Source of the DNA: a virus
Lineage: Duplodnaviria; Caudoviricetes
Direction: 5' to 3' (one strand)
Virus record (IMG/VR): IMGVR_UViG_3300020045_003113
Coordinates: 1 to 31,525 of that record
Length of the DNA stretch: 31,525 nucleotides
Shown here: piece after piece, positions 1 to 9,204 of the stretch
Layout: each line of letters opens with the position of its first letter
How positions within the stretch are numbered: position 1 is the first letter of the stretch
Program-made: the position numbers and the translations under genes
Notes under the pieces: model-generated
What the model saw: the letters and a program-made list of their open reading frames with translations, nothing else
Databases searched by the model: none
What the model was told of the DNA's origin: nothing

Positions 1-121
1 GAGATAGACACTTCCATGTGCCAACGCAGTTCTAATAAGGACTTGTTTCTATTGTGTAGGTGGGGGCTGGGGCAGTTAGGGCTGTGGATAGGAAGTAGGC
101 GAACTCGTCGATGGTTGTTAA
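1..121. repeat. Left copy of a perfect 121-bp inverted repeat bounding the window
   Basis: 1..121 is the exact reverse complement of 31405..31525 (compared base by base); identity ends at position 122. Confidence 0.97.
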
Positions 122-1324
122 ACGTAGTTCGATGAATATCGGTTCATTAGAGATGAACCGAGTGTAAGCTCGTGAGCCAACAAGTGTTCCATTAACATAC
201 AAGTAAAGTATACCGTCCTTCCGTTCTAAGGAGATAGCATCGAAACTTGCAGAAGCCGCAACCACTCCTGTATCGGTGTTGTCAAAGTTCCCAGTACCAA
301 TTCGGTAAGTTCCAGCTTGTATGTATAGATAGTCAACGGCAGAGCCATTATGGATAACTGGAGTGTAGGAACGTCCGTCTGTTTTGTACCGGAAACGGAA
401 GGTGAAGTCACCTGATTCTGCAAAGTTTCCTACGGATGGGGTGAAGAAGATAGTTGAGTCAGTAAGTGCTACTGCGGCATCTCCGAAGACACCAGAGGTT
501 AGGGAGAGTGTACCAGTGGTGGAGATGGTTGGTGTTATTGGAGTTGTGGCAGAGTCAGTGGGAGGGAGGGAGGAGAAGTGGAGGAGTGTTGATGGGTTTG
601 CAACTATCTCAGAACGAATAGAAACTACTGGACTAACTGCTACAACACCACCAGTAGTTCCACCCAGTCGTAACTGAACTTGGAAAGTCTCTACACCTTC
701 AATCAAAGCATCAGCAACTATCCCTACAAAGAAACTTGCACTAGAGGATGTTATACTAATTGCACCTGATTGTGGTGTAACATCAGTAGAACTTGTAGTT
801 ATGTTGTGAATTGTCCAGTATAAGGTAGTTCCATCCGGTACACTAGAGGTTGTAACAGTGCAAGCAAGTGTATACGGTTCATATACATCTGTAGTAGCTA
901 CATTTACCAGATAAGTAGGTACTGGGTCAATAGGTATCAGCACATTAGCTAGGCGATTGCCCTCAACCAAGGTAAATTCCATATCATAGACCTTAACCCT
1001 TGTGTTATTAGCTAAGATTTTATAGTACCTACTCTTTCTCCAAGCAGTTGGCTTAAAGTAGTAGCCAATGATAGCATCTATTGGGGACTTGAAGCTCACT
1101 AAGTCACCAAGTGCCTGTACACTGAACAAAGTTTCTACCTCAGCAAGCTCAACTTCGGTCAGTCCAACGTACTTAAGGTCATAAGTTGTCTGGCTATTAT
1201 CAACCCCAACCCCAATCTTACGGACATATTGGTTGTTAGCCTTACAACTCTTGTTAGTAAAGCTAACTTTCTTAGAATAACTGCTAGATAGTTTGTTAGC
1301 AAATGGTAGTATATAAATTGTCAT
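32..1324 (-). CDS. Distal tail (lambda gpM/Dit-like) protein extended with a Calx-beta-like domain and a LamG/ConA-like lectin domain
   Basis: N-terminal ~120 aa follows the gpM pattern (GVDNSQTTYDL..GLTEVELAEVETLF..VSFKSP). The middle (VTTSSVPDGTTLYWTI..ADALIEGVETFQVQLR) is Calx-beta-like. The C-terminus (GDFTFRF..ISLERKDGILYLYVNGTLVG..IDEF) is LamG-like. Lies downstream of the tape measure gene. Confidence 0.7.
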   Translation of the reverse strand: MTIYILPFANKLSSSYSKKVSFTNKSCKANNQYVRKIGVGVDNSQTTYDLKYVGLTEVELAEVETLFSVQALGDLVSFKSPIDAIIGYYFKPTAWRKSRYYKILANNTRVKVYDMEFTLVEGNRLANVLIPIDPVPTYLVNVATTDVYEPYTLACTVTTSSVPDGTTLYWTIHNITTSSTDVTPQSGAISITSSSASFFVGIVADALIEGVETFQVQLRLGGTTGGVVAVSPVVSIRSEIVANPSTLLHFSSLPPTDSATTPITPTISTTGTLSLTSGVFGDAAVALTDSTIFFTPSVGNFAESGDFTFRFRYKTDGRSYTPVIHNGSAVDYLYIQAGTYRIGTGNFDNTDTGVVAASASFDAISLERKDGILYLYVNGTLVGSRAYTRFISNEPIFIELRLTTIDEFAYFLSTALTAPAPTYTIETSPY

Positions 1325-1635
1325 TGTACTTTCCTAAAAGATGCTTGGATTCTAGGCTTATTACCTTGCACACTTATGGTAAAACCATCTTCCATTAGAT
1401 AACGAGCAAACTCATAGGTGAAACGCTCAGTAGCCTTAGCACTTCGGAAGATAGTTTCCATACTTTGTACCTCTGCGTAGGTCAAATTACCCCATTCAAA
1501 GTCCACCACCTCCCCAAGACTGTGCGGATTGAGACTATGAATATCCTTAGAGACCTGTCCGAAGTTTACTACGTCTACAACTGCATTACTTGACTGGTTT
1601 TTAAGTATCTTACAAGGTAGTGGCATTGCTAACAT
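1321..1635 (-). CDS. Minor/distal tail protein, lambda gpM-like (104 aa)
   Basis: Directly after the tape measure gene. VVNFGQ..LNP..EVQSMETIF..IQASFRKVQ parallels lambda gpM (VRFGD..LNA..EATVLESFL..FSAEFEQV). GGAGG RBS. Confidence 0.65.
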   Translation of the reverse strand: MLAMPLPCKILKNQSSNAVVDVVNFGQVSKDIHSLNPHSLGEVVDFEWGNLTYAEVQSMETIFRSAKATERFTYEFARYLMEDGFTISVQGNKPRIQASFRKVQ

Positions 1636-1636
1636 C

Positions 1637-4600
1637 TTATCTTCCTCCCGTTTTCATTTTATTATAGCGATTAAGTTCCTTCTTGGCTTCCTCACGGGCA
1701 ATAGCCTTGTAGATTTCAACTCCAGTATCTTTACCAAACTGTTGTGGATTGGAAGTACCTTCTGGAACTGCTACATTAATGTTGTAGACGTTAGAGTTCT
1801 TACCAGTTGGTTTAGTGGAGCTAGAAGTTGCAATACCTCCTACAAGACCACCAGTTGCATAGCCTTGAGTGTTCATTGTATTAAGGTTATCGAGTCCAAG
1901 TTGTGCTACTTGTTCCGGACTTATCACCACCTCACCATGACTTAGATTAATTAATCGGTTCTTTTTAGCCTTAGCAGAAGCTTTAGCATTAAGGACATAG
2001 CTACCAATTGGTATAACCTTTGGGATACTATCAGAAGTTCCAGTACCAGTCCCACGGATTTCACCCCCACCAGCGAAACCTGCCCCCGACATAAAGGAAC
2101 TAGCTCCAGAACTCATAACATTAGACACTCCAGCCCCTACACTACCACCACCAGACATACCACCAGTTATCATACTCATGATGCCTTTAACAGCCATCAT
2201 CTTTAGTTCATTCATAATCATTTCTTGAATCATCTTGGCAAAGTCGATTGCGATACCTCTGAAAGATTCTTTAACAGTTTCAGCTCCATTAGCCCAAGCA
2301 AGGAAATGTTCTGAAATACTATCTACAGTTTCATTCAAAGCTTGGTTGAATACCGCGTTCTTAGCGGCTTCAAGTTCTCGCATTGATTTTGTTAGACTTT
2401 GTATCTCTGTGTTTATCTGGTCTATTGCAGCAGGAGTTTGGTTTGGTATCTTTAATCTTTCTTCTGCTTGTTCTCGTAGTCTTCCAAAAGTATCCGATTG
2501 CGCTCTAGCGGATTCTTGTGCAACCATACTTCCTACAAACCTACCAGATACCCCATAACCAGCGGCTTGTGCCATTGGTAAGTTAGCAGCTTTAGCTTGT
2601 TCTAAACCTTGTTGGGCTTTAATGTTATCTTCTTCGTTAGAAATTCGTTCTTTAAGGGCAACTCTTTGTTTATCGATGTCAAGTTGTTGTTTAGCTAATG
2701 GGATAAGTTCCAAAGCTATTTGTGCGGCTCTCTTCTCTTCCTCCGTGATTCTACCAGAAGTATCTAAGATAACAAGTTTCGCTTTAGCTTCTTCTGTCGT
2801 AAGTTGGCGTTTTTGTTTGGCTGTACCAAGGTCAATTAGATTAGTTCGTTCAAGCTCACTTATAGTTCCTTCCTGTGCTTTAAATTCTAGTGTAGTTTTC
2901 TGTAAGTTTTCTACAAAGTCTAGGTAGACTGCTTTTCTAGTGTCTTCTAGGACTTGAATCTCAAGTTGAGTAGTTAATTGTTTCTGTTGGATAGCCAACT
3001 TTTGCTCTTCCATAGCATTATTGCTAATAAGTTGCCCCGTTATAGCTTTACTAACTGCACCAGCTCCTTTAGTTTCAGGTAAAGGTATACTACCCATCTG
3101 TGTCATAGCTTTTACAACTACGTCACCCTCCCCCGCCGATTCTTTGTAGAACTTTCCAGCTAGTAAATCTTGTCTATGTTGATAACCTTTGCTACCTACC
3201 TTACTACTACCTTCACCAGAGTTATAACCAGCAACTATTTGTCTAACTTGGAACTCAGTAGCTTTCCAGATGTCAATGCCAAGTGATTTAGCAATGTCAG
3301 AGACATACTTAGCAGAACCTTCAAGATTCTTGTCAGGATTATTACGGTCTGCTAGACTAGCCATACCATAGCGTTGACCTGTAGCTGGTGTAAACTGTAC
3401 TAAACCTTGTGCTTCGCCACTATTTGCAGTAGGATTTCCATCACTCTCTGCTTTAACTAAGGCTTTCAAGAAGTTAGCTGGTATATTAGCTTTAGCAGCT
3501 TTCTCAACTATCAAAGTATCCCACTGGTCAACCCCTTTAGTTAATTTACCAAGTGTTGAACTTACTAGGTTATTAATATCACTTTCAACATTAGCACTAT
3601 ACTGACCACGTTCCTGTATTGCCAAATTAGTCTGAACAACTTTCTTAGTTTGTTCATTATAGGCTTTTTGGAGTTCCTCCGTCTTAGCTGTGTTAGCTAT
3701 AATAGCTTCGGTATTAGTAGTTAAGGGTACATTCGCTAAAGTATCTACTGATTGTGTATACCCCAGCATACTTCCATTATGTGCTTGCTTATAACTCTCA
3801 AGTTCTTTGGAAAGTTGTGCTTCTCGGAAAGCTTTCCTATTAGCTTCTATAATCGGAGCTGAAAGTCTTCCTTGATTACGTTCTTCTTCCGCAGTTTTAA
3901 AGGTAAGTATAAGAGGTTTATCACCACCTTTAGTTTGTGCATCGTTAATACTAGCTAGTATATCCTTTTGTTTATCAAGCTCCTTAGTTTGTGCATCCAT
4001 ACTAACTAAGTTTTCTTCAAAGCCACGTCTTCTAGCTTCTTCCTGTTGCATAAGCTCTAACTTAGCAACATCACCGCGATGTTCTATTTCATACTTCTTC
4101 TCAAGTAAGTCAATCTGTTGATTATAGTAATCTATAATTGCAATTTCATTCCTAGCAAACTTCTTATCAAGTCCAGTCTTCACTACTTCAAGAGTTTTTA
4201 ATTCCATCTGAACTGCATTACCAATTCTAGCAATAGCACTTTGACTTATCTTAGTTTGTAACTCAAGGTTCTTTGAAAGCATAGCTTGGTTAGCTTCGGA
4301 AGCCATACCCTCGCCAGTTCCTTCAAACAAGACTTTTCTACTAGCAGCATAGGCTTCATCAATCTTATCTTGCTCTGCTTTTTTAAGACTTTTAGCTTTC
4401 TGTTGTTCAGCAGTAAGTTGTCCTGCCGCAGATTCAACTATCTTAGAAGTCAAAGCTTCCATACTAGCAGTCATACCTTGTTGCGCTAAGGAGCTAAAGC
4501 CACTATTCCACCCATCTTTAACACCTTTGAATACACCGCCAAAGACGTTATCATGTACATCATTGAAGGCTTGAAGACCTCCAGCTACACCTATGATAGC

Positions 4601-7579
4601 CGCACCAATCGTTTTATCAGTGTAGTTTCCTATAGCTTCAATACCTGACATTACGAAGTCTACTTTAGGAGATTCTTTTCTATAACTAGCACCTTTAGCA
4701 ACTGCTTCTTGATAACTTGTAATACCTTTAGTAGCTTCATCCCAACCAGTCTTTAGTATATCAAAAAGTTTAACACTCTCGCCATTAACGCTAACAGTAG
4801 CTTCCCCCACTTTATAGATAGCAGTACCAACAGCAACTACAGCCCCAACCCAACCAGCCCAACGAAGTGCTACTGCGCCTATACTAGCTAACTTCGCACC
4901 TACAGCAGACAGGGAGGTAACAGCAGTTGTTACACCAGCAGTAGCAAATGCGGCAGTTTGAGCTGCAACCGCGTAAACTCTAAAAGCTTCTGCAAGATGA
5001 ATACCAATAGCTACAGAAGCTACTCCAGCTACAGTAGCTATAAGTCCTAGATTCTCCCTAACAAACTGTAAGCTATTAGCAAATCCTTTCAAAGCTCCAA
5101 TCATATAAGTAGAAGTGGACTTATAGATACCCTGTGCCAGCCTTGTCCATTCATTATCTAATCTACCAATACTAGCATTAATACCTTGCGAAGCTATAGC
5201 AAAAGCATCATTACTGGCAAAGATTTGTTTATACATTGCGGCAAAACCAGCTACAGAATCTTCTGGTTTGATAAGACCCTTCTTCATCTTATCCATAAGT
5301 TGTGAAGTACTAAGATTAAGACTTCTAGCAAAGACAGCAACAGCAGCAGGTAACTGATTACCTAACTGACGTTTCAGCTCTTCCATCATTACCTGACCTT
5401 TAGCATACATCTGGTTAATAGCAACCAAGGCAGACTTCATTTTATCTGCTGGAAGATGTAAGACAGTACCTGCTTCTGTAATGTCATTAAAGATTTGGTG
5501 GATATTAGACATAGACTCCCCAGAGAACTTAGCACTAGCGGCAAAGTCTCGGAAAGACTCTTGTAGACTTAATAGTCTAGCACCTGTTCTATCTGCTAAG
5601 TTGTCTAGGAAAACAAACTGTTCTTCAATGTCTTTCTGTGTAACAAAGATTGCTTTGAAAACTGCATGAGTAGACTCAAGTTCCATACCCGTTGCTGGTA
5701 CAGATTCTAAACCTTGAAGCATACGTTGTCGTACACTGTTAAGAAGCGTATAGACTGACACTAATTTAACTGCCCGTACAATTAAACTATCGTGGTGTCT
5801 AGTTTGTTCTTCTAATTTAGTATTGGTCTTAGTCAAATCTCCTGCTAACTGTTGTTGTGCCGTTCTTTGTTTATTTAAACTTTCTTCGGCCGTTAAAAAT
5901 CCTTGGCGTAACTTAGCTAAACCAGCTTGGTCTAGTTTAGGGTCTAGTAACTTGGATTGAAACTTAGCAACTAACTTGTCATACGCTTTATCAATATCTT
6001 CTAGTTTGAATTTTATTTTTTGAAGACCTATATCCTCTGTAGAAGCCCCAGAAGCCTTCATTTGAGTAAGCTGTCCTGTTCTTGACCAACTAACTTGTTT
6101 ACCTGCTACCCAGCTAGAACCCTTAGTTTGTAATCTTTCTAAAGCTTTAAGTTGTTGCGCATAGGCTCTAACAGCCGCATCACCTTGTTCTACTGTAGTT
6201 TTAAGGGCATCTTTTTGAGTTTGTATATAAACTTTCCATTGGTTTATAATACTTTGTATTTGTTGAACAGAAGTAGCCGCTTGTATCTTACTAGAAAACT
6301 CACTGTTAGCTCTAGCAATATCAGATATAAGCTCTAGTTCTCTTTTCCGTAAAGTAGCGGCTTGTTGTAGCAAAGGGTTTATAGAAGCTAATTCTGTTTT
6401 AAGTCTATTTCTATTAGCTATCTCATCTTTGATAGTATTAACCATAGAAAGATTATCTTTCTCTAGTTTACTTGCACCCTCTCTAGCTTCTTTTACGTTT
6501 TTAATATACTCCCTAAAACTTGCATTTACTAAGTCTAGGGCTTGTTTAGCTAGTTTAAGTAAATTTTGCAGAATTTCCCAATCTTTTGTAGGAGGTACAT
6601 AAGGGATAATAGGTTTAGCTTGTGCAGAAACATTACCTTCTGACATTCTTTTTTGGTCTGCCGCTATTCTATCCCAGTTAGCTTTAATCTTAGCAGCCCA
6701 AGCTTCATTGTCAGCTTGACTTTGTTGAAGTCTAGCTTTCTCATCTTCTCTTAGTTTATTTTGGTAGTTTTTATGAGCAGAAAGTAGTTCAGCTATCTTA
6801 GACTTTTCCCAGTCTTCGTTATCTTTAAGGGCAGCTTTATGTATTGACGTATTCTCAAGGAATAGGGCTTTCATAGTATTAGCGTTAGTAGCTAGAGCTT
6901 GGTTATAAGCTGTTAAGGCAGCCTCTTTAACACTTAACTCGTCTGTAGCTAACTTTGCAACTCTATTTAGTTCTTCATTTTCAAATTGTTTTTGTTGATT
7001 TTCAAAGTCTTTCCATCTGCCACGCATCTTTGCAAGCAACTCTTCCTCCTGTTTAAGAATGAAATTAGCTAACTCTTGTTCATCTTTTTTACGGCGTGCA
7101 GAACTTTCAGCACTGATTTTAGTCTGTTCTTTTAAAGCTTTATTTTCAGCTTCTAGTTTATTTTTATAGTCAGACTGTGCCGCAGTTGTATCGGCTTTTC
7201 TTTGTGTTGGGGTTCTACTAGCTAATGTAGACTCGATTCTAGTAAACAAACCAAAACCAGACTGCATTTGTGCAACTTGTTTGGTCTGTATTTGTTGTAA
7301 TCTCTGCTCAAGTAATTTACTTGCCTTGGTTATTTGAGCTGTAGTTTGTGCAGCCATTTTTCCAAGGTCAAAACTAGGTTTCATAGTTCCTAGTATTTCT
7401 TTTATCTTTTTCAAATCATTGATATATTTGTCTAACTCTTTTGGAGCTATCTTACCAGCATTTTTAGCAAACTTTTGTTGAATAGTGTCTAACTCAGTAA
7501 AACTTTTGGTTACTTCACCTACAGAAGCTATTGCTCCAGAAGAATCTAGCTTTAATATAAAAGTTACGTTAGTAGCCAT
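1637..7579 (-). CDS. Tail tape measure protein (~1980 aa) with internal lytic transglycosylase (SLT) domain
   Basis: Long coiled-coil, Ala/Lys/Gln-rich protein. Tape-measure motif QMYAKGQVMMEELKRQLGNQLP. SLT motifs KAESDGNP, AQGLVQF and AGYNSG (~3130-3530). C-terminal FAGGG..GTGTSDSIP. Start moved to ATG 7579, which follows GGAG. Confidence 0.93.
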   Translation of the reverse strand: MATNVTFILKLDSSGAIASVGEVTKSFTELDTIQQKFAKNAGKIAPKELDKYINDLKKIKEILGTMKPSFDLGKMAAQTTAQITKASKLLEQRLQQIQTKQVAQMQSGFGLFTRIESTLASRTPTQRKADTTAAQSDYKNKLEAENKALKEQTKISAESSARRKKDEQELANFILKQEEELLAKMRGRWKDFENQQKQFENEELNRVAKLATDELSVKEAALTAYNQALATNANTMKALFLENTSIHKAALKDNEDWEKSKIAELLSAHKNYQNKLREDEKARLQQSQADNEAWAAKIKANWDRIAADQKRMSEGNVSAQAKPIIPYVPPTKDWEILQNLLKLAKQALDLVNASFREYIKNVKEAREGASKLEKDNLSMVNTIKDEIANRNRLKTELASINPLLQQAATLRKRELELISDIARANSEFSSKIQAATSVQQIQSIINQWKVYIQTQKDALKTTVEQGDAAVRAYAQQLKALERLQTKGSSWVAGKQVSWSRTGQLTQMKASGASTEDIGLQKIKFKLEDIDKAYDKLVAKFQSKLLDPKLDQAGLAKLRQGFLTAEESLNKQRTAQQQLAGDLTKTNTKLEEQTRHHDSLIVRAVKLVSVYTLLNSVRQRMLQGLESVPATGMELESTHAVFKAIFVTQKDIEEQFVFLDNLADRTGARLLSLQESFRDFAASAKFSGESMSNIHQIFNDITEAGTVLHLPADKMKSALVAINQMYAKGQVMMEELKRQLGNQLPAAVAVFARSLNLSTSQLMDKMKKGLIKPEDSVAGFAAMYKQIFASNDAFAIASQGINASIGRLDNEWTRLAQGIYKSTSTYMIGALKGFANSLQFVRENLGLIATVAGVASVAIGIHLAEAFRVYAVAAQTAAFATAGVTTAVTSLSAVGAKLASIGAVALRWAGWVGAVVAVGTAIYKVGEATVSVNGESVKLFDILKTGWDEATKGITSYQEAVAKGASYRKESPKVDFVMSGIEAIGNYTDKTIGAAIIGVAGGLQAFNDVHDNVFGGVFKGVKDGWNSGFSSLAQQGMTASMEALTSKIVESAAGQLTAEQQKAKSLKKAEQDKIDEAYAASRKVLFEGTGEGMASEANQAMLSKNLELQTKISQSAIARIGNAVQMELKTLEVVKTGLDKKFARNEIAIIDYYNQQIDLLEKKYEIEHRGDVAKLELMQQEEARRRGFEENLVSMDAQTKELDKQKDILASINDAQTKGGDKPLILTFKTAEEERNQGRLSAPIIEANRKAFREAQLSKELESYKQAHNGSMLGYTQSVDTLANVPLTTNTEAIIANTAKTEELQKAYNEQTKKVVQTNLAIQERGQYSANVESDINNLVSSTLGKLTKGVDQWDTLIVEKAAKANIPANFLKALVKAESDGNPTANSGEAQGLVQFTPATGQRYGMASLADRNNPDKNLEGSAKYVSDIAKSLGIDIWKATEFQVRQIVAGYNSGEGSSKVGSKGYQHRQDLLAGKFYKESAGEGDVVVKAMTQMGSIPLPETKGAGAVSKAITGQLISNNAMEEQKLAIQQKQLTTQLEIQVLEDTRKAVYLDFVENLQKTTLEFKAQEGTISELERTNLIDLGTAKQKRQLTTEEAKAKLVILDTSGRITEEEKRAAQIALELIPLAKQQLDIDKQRVALKERISNEEDNIKAQQGLEQAKAANLPMAQAAGYGVSGRFVGSMVAQESARAQSDTFGRLREQAEERLKIPNQTPAAIDQINTEIQSLTKSMRELEAAKNAVFNQALNETVDSISEHFLAWANGAETVKESFRGIAIDFAKMIQEMIMNELKMMAVKGIMSMITGGMSGGGSVGAGVSNVMSSGASSFMSGAGFAGGGEIRGTGTGTSDSIPKVIPIGSYVLNAKASAKAKKNRLINLSHGEVVISPEQVAQLGLDNLNTMNTQGYATGGLVGGIATSSSTKPTGKNSNVYNINVAVPEGTSNPQQFGKDTGVEIYKAIAREEAKKELNRYNKMKTGGR

Positions 7580-7601
7580 AATAAAGAACTCCAAAAGATT
7601 T

Positions 7602-7631
7602 TAAAAAAGAGGGAGTAGCTAACTACTCCCT
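7602..7631 (-). terminator. Rho-independent terminator-like hairpin just upstream of the tape measure gene
   Basis: Minus strand AGGGAGTAG-TTAG-CTACTCCCT followed by CTTTTTT. Confidence 0.75.
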
Positions 7632-7650
7632 TAAACATCACACGAGGAAA

Positions 7651-8094
7651 CTATGAATTACTAGCAGTGTTTTGAATAGCTTGCAAAGTAGCAGAACGAA
7701 GAGCATCACGGTATGGAAAGCTATTCCAAAGCATATCAAAGTAAACATCCAAATCACCGTTAGCACGAACAGATATAACTTTAACAGTTTTTCCATTGTC
7801 ATCTTGCCCTTTTACGTTCTTGAAATCTACAATATGTTCTTTAACAAAAGCTTTAACATCTTCTGCTTCATTAACAATAGAAGATTCCCAGATACTAGAA
7901 CTACCGTCTTTAGTGGCTTCAAGTGTTTGTTGATTAGACTCTGCAATCTTATCGAACTTAGCTAAATGCTTATTAGCTTCTTGAATTGGGTATCGTTTAA
8001 ACTCAACTTGTAGTTGGTCGGACTTACCAGCAGCATCTTTAACTAAGACATTAATAAGGACAGAAGGTGTTTGTAAGACTAAATCATATTTCAT
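7651..8094 (-). CDS. Tail assembly chaperone, gpG-like (147 aa)
   Basis: Between tail tube and tape measure genes, typical size, GGAG RBS; paralogous to the N-terminal half of 8411..9136. Confidence 0.7.
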   Translation of the reverse strand: MKYDLVLQTPSVLINVLVKDAAGKSDQLQVEFKRYPIQEANKHLAKFDKIAESNQQTLEATKDGSSSIWESSIVNEAEDVKAFVKEHIVDFKNVKGQDDNGKTVKVISVRANGDLDVYFDMLWNSFPYRDALRSATLQAIQNTASNS

Positions 8095-8111
8095 TTTGGT
8101 ATCTCCAATTA

Positions 8112-8390
8112 TTAAGGGTTGAAAGCGGGTTTTACTAATTCGTTAGGACTATAAGGATTATAGTCCTGTGCATATCCAGAAGGTGATTTTACAAGATGCC
8201 TATCTAAAGTATCTGCATAGTGTTCTTCCTGTACACCATCTAACTTACCTCCTAGGTATTCTACTATATATCTAGGATGACCCGTCGTAGGATGTATAAA
8301 TAAACCAACTACTTTAGCTGGTAGTACATCATAACCTAAAGTAACTTTAACTAAACTATCTAAGCCATATTTAAAAGGATTACTTGACAT
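8112..8390 (-). CDS. Hypothetical protein (92 aa) inserted between the two chaperone genes
   Basis: ORF with GGAGATAAAG-ATG at 8390; no recognisable family. Confidence 0.7.
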   Translation of the reverse strand: MSSNPFKYGLDSLVKVTLGYDVLPAKVVGLFIHPTTGHPRYIVEYLGGKLDGVQEEHYADTLDRHLVKSPSGYAQDYNPYSPNELVKPAFNP

Positions 8391-8410
8391 CTTTATCTCC
8401 AAAGATTTAA

Positions 8411-9136
8411 CTATTTATCGGGTTTCATCGAATCATATCCAGCTTTTATAAGCGGTATAAACGACAACGTATTTGTAAGGCTTAAGTTATTTTCTTTAGC
8501 TAATTCTATAAGAACAATTGGATTCAAAATACCCCATTCATTAGTATAAAGTTTAGCAATGTTGTAAAGTTTAAGATAAGGAACATTTGCTTTTATTAAT
8601 AAGTTTGGAAAATTAGAAGTCTTAAGCTCCTCTTTCTTTTTCTCCACAACCTCTGAAACCACTTCATCCTCAAAATTCATATAAAGCCCTAAACTTTCTT
8701 GTAATTCTGCGGTTTCAGCTTTCTGCATACTTTCAGTATCTTGCTTCCCATAGTCTAGTTCATATTGGTATTTACCAATTTCAAACAAATTCTGTTCTTG
8801 CAAACCTTTTCTATGAATATGTTCCATATTTTGAAGGATGGAAACGTAATTAGCTAGGATTGCTTTGAAATAAGGGAAGCTACTTAACAACACCTTTAGT
8901 ATAGCAGTTTCAAAGGAATTGGTCAAGTTTCCTACCGAATCGGACACCTTATCAACATAAATGATGTTACTTAAAAGGATAGAAACCTGTTTACTATAGT
9001 CCGCTTGAATTAATTTCTTTAAGATTTGTCTAGCAGTTTGTGACTCTACGAGCTTAAAAGCTACTACAAAGTCAACTTCCCAGTTAGCATCTTTAGCCTT
9101 CAAAGACACTTCAATAAAGTCTGGTACAATTTGCAT
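8411..9136 (-). CDS. Tail assembly chaperone, in-frame gpG-T-like fusion (241 aa)
   Basis: N-terminal ~105 aa aligns with 7651..8094 (KDA, V.FK, SFPY..A......QN). The C-terminal ~130 aa has the size and character of a gpT extension. Directly after the tail tube gene. Confidence 0.62.
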   Translation of the reverse strand: MQIVPDFIEVSLKAKDANWEVDFVVAFKLVESQTARQILKKLIQADYSKQVSILLSNIIYVDKVSDSVGNLTNSFETAILKVLLSSFPYFKAILANYVSILQNMEHIHRKGLQEQNLFEIGKYQYELDYGKQDTESMQKAETAELQESLGLYMNFEDEVVSEVVEKKKEELKTSNFPNLLIKANVPYLKLYNIAKLYTNEWGILNPIVLIELAKENNLSLTNTLSFIPLIKAGYDSMKPDK

Positions 9137-9150
9137 ATTATCTCCATAAT

Positions 9151-9186
9151 AAAAAAGGCTGGAAACCTTTCAGTAACCAGCCTTTT
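9151..9186 (-). terminator. Rho-independent terminator after the major tail gene
   Basis: Minus strand AAAAGGCTGG..CCAGCCTTTTTT. Confidence 0.8.
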
Positions 9187-9204
9187 AACTATAACATAAT
9201 TACA

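Noticed and set aside
1-31. N15-like hairpin telomere
   Set aside because: Only a weak 5-bp stem, no long palindrome, and no protelomerase seen.
1-121. Diversity-generating retroelement VR/TR pair at the 3' end of an adhesin gene
   Set aside because: The copies are identical with no adenine-specific mismatches, the repeat is not AAY-rich, and there is no reverse transcriptase in the window.
7632-7700. -1 frameshift site at the end of gpG
   Set aside because: No X XXY YYZ heptamer near the stop, and a terminator rather than a T frame follows.
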